Source: Candidatus Magasanikiibacteriota bacterium
GTDB lineage: Bacteria > Patescibacteriota > Patescibacteriia > Magasanikbacterales > UBA922
Direction of reading: 5' to 3'
Assembly: GCA_014729395.1 (NCBI GenBank)
Contig: WJJZ01000010.1
Span: 23,901-87,900, forward strand
DNA length: 64,000 nt
Shown here: in pieces, positions 56,914 through 64,000 of the stretch
Layout of the letters: every line of letters starts with the position of its first letter
Position numbering within the stretch: the first letter of the stretch is position 1
Translations under genes and position numbers: made by a program
The notes under the pieces: generated by a model
Told to the model about the DNA's origin: nothing
What the model saw: only the letters and a program-made list of their open reading frames with translations
Databases searched by the model: none

Positions 56914-57642
56914 TCAAGCCGCCCAGCTCTCGTTAAGAGCTTTTTGGGCGGCATGGCGGACTTCGCCACAAAGACCTACACACCCGTACAGGTTTGCCTG
57001 TTCAGGTGAAAGATCCCCCGGGTCAGACCCGGTGAAGTCAGCCCACCTCAAGTCAACATTGATAAATGTTGCAGACCCGAGGTGTGAATTGAAAAAACTT
57101 GTTGACCGGAGCGTCGTCATCACGAAATCGACGCTTTCAAGGCAAGCCCTGAAAAACTCAACTTCGATCATACTGCTCTCCTGGAATTTCGCGTGCCCCA
57201 ATAGGGCCTCTGCGAAATTGCTCCGCGAGAGTTCGCAATTTAGAAAATTGCAAAACTCCAAATTGGATTTTGACAAATTTGCATTTAGCAGGTTGCAATT
57301 CACAAAGGAACTGCCCTGCAAATTAGCACCCCCTAAATTGACACTGCGCAAGTTTACTGACTCAAAATTTAATCCGCTTAGATCAACCCACTCCAGATTG
57401 ATCCCTACGAGACAAACACTCGAAATGTCAAGGCGAAAAATTTCACCATAATCTTCCAGACTTTTTCTCCAACGGTTGAACTCCTCGACCATCCCATTCT
57501 TGAGGAAATGGAGGGCCTTTCGGGAATTCGTCCAGCGATGGATTGTAGCTATAGTGACGATAATCCAAGTTTTCAAAAGGGTCATGTCTTCCTCCTTGTT
57601 TTGTTGTTTTGAAATAACAAATGACTGTAAATAATAGCACAA
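56914..57642 (-). CDS. Pentapeptide-repeat protein (paralog of 56035-56721)
   Basis: Pentapeptide repeats (VNLRSVNLGGANLQGSSFVNCNLLNANLSKSNLEFCNF); GC-rich; start may be at MTLLKTW (about 57585). Confidence 0.75.
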   Translation of the reverse strand: MCYYLQSFVISKQQNKEEDMTLLKTWIIVTIATIHRWTNSRKALHFLKNGMVEEFNRWRKSLEDYGEIFRLDISSVCLVGINLEWVDLSGLNFESVNLRSVNLGGANLQGSSFVNCNLLNANLSKSNLEFCNFLNCELSRSNFAEALLGHAKFQESSMIEVEFFRACLESVDFVMTTLRSTSFFNSHLGSATFINVDLRWADFTGSDPGDLSPEQANLYGCVGLCGEVRHAAQKALNESWAA

Positions 57643-57697
57643 ATAATGCCCATTGTCAAGGGATTTATCTAAATATGTTACTAAATTTAGTATAATT

Positions 57698-58894
57698 TTA
57701 AGCTATATATAATTTTTCCAATCTTTCAACATACTCTTTTTGTCCCAGTCCTTCTAAAAATTTGGCGGTACCATTGCTCATTTGATCAACTCTATCCCTG
57801 TTTTTAAAACACCACTCTATTCTTTCTTTTAGGGAATCCTTGTCACCGGCTTTAAAAGTCCAGCCGTTTTCTCCGGCTTGAATTAGCTCGGCAATACCTT
57901 CTATATCACTCGCCAAGACCGGAATACCAAAAGAAAAACTCTCAAATATTACAGTCGGTGAATTCTCATAGCATAAAGAAGGTACAATCATAACATCCAT
58001 TTTTTTAAATATTTCAGGCAAATTTTCTCTTGCTATGCGACCATAAATTTTTATATCGGATGAATTGGCCGGAATCTTTTTTATATCCTTAAGTTTTGAG
58101 CCATCACCAACAACATGAAGGTTTACCGGAACAAAATTTTCCTTTTTAAATTCCAAAAAAGTATCCACTAAAAAAGGAACGCCCTTGTGTTCTTCAATTT
58201 GGCCTAAATACAAAAAATTCAATATTTCGCTATCTTTGTATCCTTGTATCTTGGCGTGCTGCTCAAACGTTATCGGATTTCTAAGCATCACCCTTTTTGA
58301 ATTGGGGAAAAAACCTCGTTTATGATAAAAATCCAACAAAAACTGAGATGGAGAAATTACTACGTCAGGTGAACCAAGCAATACCTTCATAAGCCAGGAA
58401 TAAATTTTTACATGAATTCCCGTATAACGCCAATCGTCTTGTTTTTCTTTTAAAATTATACCGCTCGGTTCAACCAGCTGAACGTCGTGAACAGTATGAA
58501 AATGTCTTAAATTAAGTCTTCTAATTATCCATGGTGTTAAAAATCCCAAACCCATAAAATTATGAGTATGAACGACATCGGGATTTTCTTTTATTAAAAT
58601 TTTTTTAATATATCCGGCTGATCCGAAATGAAAAATATCTATGACATGCCAAATTAACCTTTTAAACCAATGGTAATTATGAGCTTCAGTATAAAAAAAG
58701 AGGTTTTTTGGTCTAAACCTATACGTTGTCAACCTTGTATCCATTTCACAATACGAACCTCCGGCCGGTGATGTGGTAATTACAACCACTTCATGATCCT
58801 TTTTTAACAAACCATTCACAGTTTTTGCCACTACTTGCTCAGCGCCTCCACGGGCATATGGCGGATAAAGATTGTTTATTATACATATTTTCAT
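57698..58894 (-). CDS. Family 1 (GT4) glycosyltransferase
   Basis: ARGGAEQVV N-terminus and C-terminal E..FGI..LEA-type GT4 motif (ESFSFGIPVLASD). Confidence 0.8.
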   Translation of the reverse strand: MKICIINNLYPPYARGGAEQVVAKTVNGLLKKDHEVVVITTSPAGGSYCEMDTRLTTYRFRPKNLFFYTEAHNYHWFKRLIWHVIDIFHFGSAGYIKKILIKENPDVVHTHNFMGLGFLTPWIIRRLNLRHFHTVHDVQLVEPSGIILKEKQDDWRYTGIHVKIYSWLMKVLLGSPDVVISPSQFLLDFYHKRGFFPNSKRVMLRNPITFEQHAKIQGYKDSEILNFLYLGQIEEHKGVPFLVDTFLEFKKENFVPVNLHVVGDGSKLKDIKKIPANSSDIKIYGRIARENLPEIFKKMDVMIVPSLCYENSPTVIFESFSFGIPVLASDIEGIAELIQAGENGWTFKAGDKDSLKERIEWCFKNRDRVDQMSNGTAKFLEGLGQKEYVERLEKLYIA

Positions 58895-59096
58895 ACAAAA
58901 CTAATTATAGGCAGTTGTGGGCTTTTTTGCAACTTGAACACAGTTTGAACACAATGTATCAAGATTTCCGTTGAAGAAAAAAAGGAAATCAGGTAAGATA
59001 TTAAAACAAAACCGTTAACTAGAGAATGGAAACCGGCTGATTGGTTTTTTATAACTGATCAAGCTTCAATCACCAGCCACTAATCATCCAACTTAT

Positions 59097-60542
59097 ATGC
59101 CCGACATCACCGACATAGAAAAAATTCCCCCACAAAACCTGGAAGCGGAAATGTCTTTACTGGGCTCTATTTTGCTTGATAAAGATGCTATGATAAAAAT
59201 TGCCGATATGGTTGATATGGCTGATTTTTACAGTAATGCCAATGCAAACATATTTGAAACCATGACCGAATTGTACAATAAAAATGAGGTTATTGATGTA
59301 TTAACTTTAGGTAACAGATTGGAAGAAAAAGGCTTATTAAAAAAAATAGGCGGACGCAGCTATTTGGTAGAATTATCAAATACTACACCAACCGCCACTC
59401 ATATAAAACAATACGCTGAAATAATTAGACGCAAGTCCACATTAAGAAAATTATTAAAGGCTGCGCATGAAATTACGGGCTTGGGCTACAAAGAAGATGT
59501 TGAGGATGTTGATTCTTTATTGGACGAAGCTCAACAATCTATTTATTCAGTCACACAAAAGCATCTTAAAAAAACATTCTCACCCATTAGAGGTGTATTA
59601 AATAATGCATTTGAAAGAATTGATGAATTACACCGAGAAAAAGGTAAATTACGCGGTGTACCGACAGGTTTTTCACAACTTGATAATCTGTTGGCCGGTA
59701 TGCAGAAATCAGATCTCATAATTTTGGCGGCCAGGCCCTCTGTTGGTAAAACCGCCTTTGTCTTGGACATTGCCAGAAATGTTGCTGTCAGATCAAAAAA
59801 GACTGTTGGAATTTTTTCACTTGAAATGAGCAAGGAGCAGCTGGTAGATAGAATGCTTTGTGCGGAAGCGGGTGTTGATTTGTGGAAAATGAGAACGGGA
59901 AATTTGTCTGATAAACCGGGTAGTGATGATTTCCCCAAGATTGGTCAAGCAATGGGTGTTTTGTCAGAAGCTTCGGTGTTTATCGATGACACGCCCGGAA
60001 ATACAGTCATGCAAATACGAACCAAAGCCAGGCGACTCCAAGCTGAACACGGTCTGGGCCTAATGATAATCGACTATATGCAGCTCATGGAATCTCATTC
60101 AAGGCGATCATCGGATAGCCGAGTTCAAGAGGTGGCTGAAATGAGTAGAAATTTAAAGGGAATAGCCAGAGAATTGAATGTTCCGGTTCTGGCTTTGTCT
60201 CAGCTTTCTAGAGCTGTAGAACAAACAAAACCGGCCATACCAAAGTTGTCACATCTCCGTGAATCTGGTAGTATTGAACAAGATGCAGACGTTGTGATGT
60301 TTATATATAGAAAAGCGGCTGACCGTAATTATCGTCTTGAGGACATACCACCTGATGAAAGACATATCGCTGAAATTCATATTGCAAAGCATAGAAACGG
60401 GCCTACCGGACAGGTAAAATTATTCTTTGATGAAACCAGAGCCAGTTTCAAAAATCTGGATACGCATTTTGAAAAAACAGCCCCACCTCCACCGCAAAAT
60501 CAAGCAAAACCCCATTCAGAACCGGCAGTACCAAAGTTTTAA
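59097..60542 (+). CDS. dnaB: Replicative DNA helicase
   Basis: DnaB N-domain (NLEAEMSLLGSIL), Walker A ARPSVGKTAF, Walker B IIDYMQL and the arginine finger region. Confidence 0.9.
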   Translation: MPDITDIEKIPPQNLEAEMSLLGSILLDKDAMIKIADMVDMADFYSNANANIFETMTELYNKNEVIDVLTLGNRLEEKGLLKKIGGRSYLVELSNTTPTATHIKQYAEIIRRKSTLRKLLKAAHEITGLGYKEDVEDVDSLLDEAQQSIYSVTQKHLKKTFSPIRGVLNNAFERIDELHREKGKLRGVPTGFSQLDNLLAGMQKSDLIILAARPSVGKTAFVLDIARNVAVRSKKTVGIFSLEMSKEQLVDRMLCAEAGVDLWKMRTGNLSDKPGSDDFPKIGQAMGVLSEASVFIDDTPGNTVMQIRTKARRLQAEHGLGLMIIDYMQLMESHSRRSSDSRVQEVAEMSRNLKGIARELNVPVLALSQLSRAVEQTKPAIPKLSHLRESGSIEQDADVVMFIYRKAADRNYRLEDIPPDERHIAEIHIAKHRNGPTGQVKLFFDETRASFKNLDTHFEKTAPPPPQNQAKPHSEPAVPKF

Positions 60543-60651
60543 AAAGCCTAAAAAATCAGAAAGGCCAAAAAGGCTTGAAAGGCTCCGGTTACCAACCGTT
60601 TTGTAGCCTTTTAAGCATTTCCGGCATTTTAAGCCTTTTAAGTATTTATAT

Positions 60652-60954
60652 ATGTTCAACAAACTAAAACAATTTAAAGATTTACGCTCACAAGCAAAAG
60701 ATCTTCAAAGCAAATTAGCCGAAGAGACAATTACTGTTTCTGAAGCAGGTGGAAAAGTAAAAATGACCATGGATGGTAATCTAAAAATTACCGACTTGGA
60801 TATTGATAAAGAAATGCTGAATCCCGATAAAAAACAAAAACTTGAATCAGCCATTAAGGACGCCCATGCAAGTGCTACAAAGAAAATGCAAAGAACAATG
60901 GCGACCAAAATGAAAGAAATGGGCGGACTCCCGGAAATACCGGGAATGTCCTAA
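60652..60954 (+). CDS. ybaB: Nucleoid-associated protein YbaB/EbfC
   Basis: 100 aa; the KMQ..L...E..G.AGGG-V pattern of YbaB. Confidence 0.85.
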   Translation: MFNKLKQFKDLRSQAKDLQSKLAEETITVSEAGGKVKMTMDGNLKITDLDIDKEMLNPDKKQKLESAIKDAHASATKKMQRTMATKMKEMGGLPEIPGMS

Positions 60955-61006
60955 GCATACGAAATAAAAAAACACAGATACTCACTCCTGTTATGTTTTG
61001 TAAATT

Positions 61007-61609
61007 ATGGCTTATTCAAGTCCGATAGAAAATTTAATACAAGCTTTTTCCAAACTTCCTTCAGTGGGTCAAAAAACTGCTGAAAGGTTTGTTTTTTATT
61101 TACTGAAATCAGGTAAAAAAGATGTTGCACAATTAACTCTGGCTCTAAAAGAATTAATTCAAAATATAAAAAGTTGTGAACAATGTTGGGATTTTACTGA
61201 TTCTGAAATTTGCAGTGTATGTTCGGATAGATCGAGAGATCAATCCATTATCTGCGTAGTTAGCGAACCCCAAGGTGTCCAGGTAATAGAAAAAACAAAT
61301 GAATATAATGGACTTTATCATGTATTACGCGGCACAATTAGAGCTGACGATATAGATAGTCATAAATATTTAAAAATTGATGAGTTAATGAAAAGAATCA
61401 AATTGCAAAAAACCAAAGAAATTGTCTTGGCAATGAACCCCGACATCAATGGAGAAACTACGATGATGTTTTTGGAAAATCAGATAAAACAACTGGATCC
61501 CGGTGCCAAAGTAACCAGACTTGTGCGTGGCCTGCCCATGGGGGCGGATTTGCATTATGCCGATGAAATAACTCTAGCCAGTGCATTGAAAAACAGAATT
61601 GAAAACTAA
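61007..61609 (+). CDS. recR: Recombination protein RecR
   Basis: HhH LPSVGQKTAERF, C4 zinc finger CEQC..CSVC, and a Toprim domain. Confidence 0.9.
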   Translation: MAYSSPIENLIQAFSKLPSVGQKTAERFVFYLLKSGKKDVAQLTLALKELIQNIKSCEQCWDFTDSEICSVCSDRSRDQSIICVVSEPQGVQVIEKTNEYNGLYHVLRGTIRADDIDSHKYLKIDELMKRIKLQKTKEIVLAMNPDINGETTMMFLENQIKQLDPGAKVTRLVRGLPMGADLHYADEITLASALKNRIEN

Positions 61610-61620
61610 AAAAAGTAAAA

Positions 61621-61660
61621 ACCGTTGCAGTACAACGGTTTTATTATTACTCTTTTATTT
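61621..61660. terminator. Bidirectional intrinsic terminator (AACCGUUG-CAGUA-CAACGGUU with U-runs both sides)
   Basis: Between convergent recR and rplU. Confidence 0.6.
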
Positions 61661-61969
61661 TGCTTCTTTGACTTTGATTTTGGTGTAATGCTGCCTGTGC
61701 CCTTTTACTCGTTTATATCGGACCTTTCTTTTAAACTTAACGACCCTGACTTTTTTATTTCTACCCTGTTCCTCTACTGTTGCGGCAATACTGACACCAT
61801 CCAAATAAGGTTTACCGATTTTTACATCTGAACCATCATCTTTGGCAAGTAGCAAAACTTTATCAAAAACAATATCTTGACCGGGTTCGCCTTCAACTTT
61901 TTCAATCTTTATACTATCTCCGGTCTTTATTAAGTATTGCTTTCCACCATTATCTATTACTGCAATCAT
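61655..61969 (-). CDS. rplU: 50S ribosomal protein L21
   Basis: MIAVIDNGGKQYLIK..G..IK.EK and a basic C-terminus. Confidence 0.9.
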   Translation of the reverse strand: MIAVIDNGGKQYLIKTGDSIKIEKVEGEPGQDIVFDKVLLLAKDDGSDVKIGKPYLDGVSIAATVEEQGRNKKVRVVKFKRKVRYKRVKGHRQHYTKIKVKEAK

Positions 61970-62069
61970 ATTTAGTAAAATTATTTATAATATTGGGAAA
62001 CGCGAATATTATACATAATCAAGGCAAAAATGTCAAGAATAAAGCAACAAACAATATAATATATAATAA

Positions 62070-62540
62070 TTATTCGCTTATGACTTTGATATTATCGCCT
62101 ATATTTAGATTATTTTCATCAACCCACCCGGCCGGTATTTCCAGTACAATATTTGCCTCGGTTCGTGGTGCGTATTTTTTCAAAGCCCCTTCACTTACAT
62201 TCGGTTCAACAGGCACATTTGGTGCTATATCGACAATAGTATTTCCTTTTATCCACACAATATCGATTGAAAACTTCATATCCCTCATTACAATTATCGG
62301 TTTCTCCTCACCTCTAAATAAAAACAACATAGCGTCTTTATCACCAAGTGATTCTCGTCCACCCAGACCCTTATACAAATGATAAGGTGTCTTGGCTACC
62401 AGTACCTCTAGCTCCTCACCTTTTAATTCAATTACCGCTTCAGGCCATCGTAATTGAAGTAAGTTAATAATCAAAAAAGAAAGTAGAAATAATCCAAGTA
62501 TTATTAACTGAAATTTTGTTAATTTTCTTTTCTTTTTCAT
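62070..62540 (-). CDS. DUF192-domain protein with N-terminal TM anchor
   Basis: AMLFLF..MRDMKFSIDIVWI..G.IVDI and LEIPAGW fit the DUF192 pattern. Confidence 0.55.
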   Translation of the reverse strand: MKKKRKLTKFQLIILGLFLLSFLIINLLQLRWPEAVIELKGEELEVLVAKTPYHLYKGLGGRESLGDKDAMLFLFRGEEKPIIVMRDMKFSIDIVWIKGNTIVDIAPNVPVEPNVSEGALKKYAPRTEANIVLEIPAGWVDENNLNIGDNIKVISE

Positions 62541-63616
62541 GACAATTTTCTATTATTTTTCTCTTTTAATGAAAACCAAAAACCGACCAGCAACATAAGT
62601 AATAACAAGAACATCAGTGCAATCAATTTTTGAGAGCTTTGTAAAAACAATGTCGTTAAACCAAACAAAAAAGATATTGAATACATTAATAAAACCGCCT
62701 GTTTTTGCGAAAGACCGGACTCCAACAATTTAAAATGTAAATGTTCTTTGTCACCGATATAAATCGGCTGTTTTCTTTGAAATCTTTTGATGAAAACTCT
62801 GACTACATCAAGCATAGGAATACCTACAACCAATAAAGTGGTGGCAATTTTACCACCTGATATTATTGCCAATGAACCCAACATAAAACCCGTAAACAAA
62901 CTCCCGCCTTCACCTAAAAAAATTTTAGCCGGATGCCAATTCCATACCAAAAACCCCAAAACCGCACCGGTTAAAATAATTGACAACAAGGCAATCTCGG
63001 GTTGAAACCATTGTTTTTGTAAACTCAGAAAAAAAACCATCAAAGCCCCAATACTAACAATTCCGGCCACCAGTCCATCCAAGCCATCTAAAAATTTTGT
63101 TGTAAACATCATGCCCAAAAGCCAAAAAAATACCAATATATCCGCAACTACTACCCAATTACCCAATCCATCAATCGGTATTTTAATTATATCCAAAGAA
63201 ATAACACCCCCAAGTGGATTGGTAATAATATGAGGGCCAATCCCAAAGGCAATAATACTTAGGGCTGCTAAAATTGGAAAAATGATTTGAATTCTAGCTC
63301 TCAGAGAATATTTATCATCCAAAAAACCACCAATCATTAAAATAATACTCCCTACAAAAAGTCCATAAATCTGCTTTGCTGTAATATCACCACCGAATTT
63401 ATTACCTACAAAGTGTAAATAAAAAATCACTATAAAGAAAGATGAAAAAATTGCCAAACCACCCCCCAAAGGAATTTTTTTCTTGTGAATTTTTCGAGAT
63501 TTTGCCTTTGGTTTATCAATTATTTGCCAAGTGATCATTATATGCCGGACTACCGCTGTCAAAATAACCGATAACAAAAAAGTTAACAGGAAATAACCAA
63601 TATACATAACTATCAA
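62537..63616 (-). CDS. MraY/WecA-family polyprenyl-phosphate sugar-1-phosphate transferase
   Basis: 10-11 TM helices; DDKYSL and LDGLDGLVAG motifs. Confidence 0.75.
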   Translation of the reverse strand: MIVMYIGYFLLTFLLSVILTAVVRHIMITWQIIDKPKAKSRKIHKKKIPLGGGLAIFSSFFIVIFYLHFVGNKFGGDITAKQIYGLFVGSIILMIGGFLDDKYSLRARIQIIFPILAALSIIAFGIGPHIITNPLGGVISLDIIKIPIDGLGNWVVVADILVFFWLLGMMFTTKFLDGLDGLVAGIVSIGALMVFFLSLQKQWFQPEIALLSIILTGAVLGFLVWNWHPAKIFLGEGGSLFTGFMLGSLAIISGGKIATTLLVVGIPMLDVVRVFIKRFQRKQPIYIGDKEHLHFKLLESGLSQKQAVLLMYSISFLFGLTTLFLQSSQKLIALMFLLLLMLLVGFWFSLKEKNNRKLS

Positions 63617-63717
63617 TGTTTTAGGTTCCTCGAACTTTACTAAATTAGTATTATTTGGTATTTTCTAATATATCGCAACATCAAAGATCTTTCAATTTTA
63701 AATCAAAGGAGTGAGTC

Positions 63718-64000
63718 ATGTCTCAAGAACATAGAAAAAATACGTCAGAAAACCAGAATAATTTCTATCTTTTTGTTGATTATGAACGAATCGTTCGTGT
63801 ATTCTTTCATCCTAGAGATATCACATGCGCAGTAATGGCATTATTTAAAATATCCGGAGTACTGAATGAAAAAAATGATTCAGAAAAACTAAAAAAGATA
63901 GAAGTTGAAAAAGGAGATCCGGAAACTATTATAATAGCTGTTCATTTTATTAAATCTGTCAGTATTGATGAGGACAACAACGAAACCTGCATGGAGATAG
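63718..64000 (+). CDS. Hypothetical protein (3' end truncated by the window)
   Basis: ORF open to the right edge. Confidence 0.3.
   Translation, partial: MSQEHRKNTSENQNNFYLFVDYERIVRVFFHPRDITCAVMALFKISGVLNEKNDSEKLKKIEVEKGDPETIIIAVHFIKSVSIDEDNNETCMEI

Noticed and set aside
60543-60651. Intergenic AAGCCTTTTAAG-type short repeats after dnaB
   Set aside because: Probably just a weak terminator (CCGGUU-ACC-AACCGU + U4) plus AT-rich promoter of ybaB; repeats too short to interpret.
1-64000. Alternative genetic code (UGA recoding as in some CPR lineages)
   Set aside because: Conserved genes are full length in code 11 and several end at TGA (for example 14922-14924), so the standard code applies.

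Overview
This is a low-GC (about 30%), gene-dense bacterial window read in the standard genetic code, since long conserved ORFs terminate at TGA. The content looks like a CPR/Patescibacteria-type or other reduced genome: many small hypothetical and membrane proteins, a large glycan-synthesis island, and few biosynthetic genes.

Housekeeping genes recognised from the translations: folD, tRNA-Gln(CUG), dnaX, dus, pyrG, rplI, era, ribH, ribE, a riboflavin kinase, an S41 CtpA-like protease, murA, rmlB/rmlD-like genes, four GT2 and one GT4 glycosyltransferase, Nudix and HIT hydrolases, a CDP-alcohol phosphatidyltransferase, dnaB, ybaB, recR, rplU, a MraY/WecA-family transferase, a CPH-motif P1B ATPase and a CPA antiporter.

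The most notable items are:
- **Defense island (1-4429).** The 5' end carries a truncated restriction-endonuclease C-terminus, then a C5 cytosine methyltransferase whose N-terminal 200 residues are a complete LexA repressor (wHTH plus S24 autopeptidase), followed by Vsr, a DUF3800 protein and Mrr.
- **Candidate B12-capture locus (25590-29541).** A GC-rich leader with an intrinsic terminator 25 nt before the start codon (candidate cobalamin riboswitch) precedes a DUF4430 protein, an 828-aa membrane-anchored alpha/alpha-toroid surface protein and a small S-component-like permease.
- **Unassigned structured element (5490-5700).** A second GC-rich stretch full of hairpins, possibly a minus-strand small RNA.
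- **Cassette-like gene (14968-15418).** A four-helix-bundle (23S IVS-type) gene flanked by an exact 18-bp direct repeat.
- **Helicase repeats (29622-30200).** An SF2 helicase whose C-terminal tandem 183-bp coding repeats are broken by a +1 homopolymer frameshift.
- **Twice-occurring GC palindrome (36448 and 44008).** A perfect 20-bp GC-rich palindrome present twice, each time with CGGAT flanks.
- **Possible foreign pentapeptide genes (56035-57642).** Two GC-elevated pentapeptide-repeat paralogs, possibly of foreign origin.

No rRNA, CRISPR array, integrase or transposase was found.
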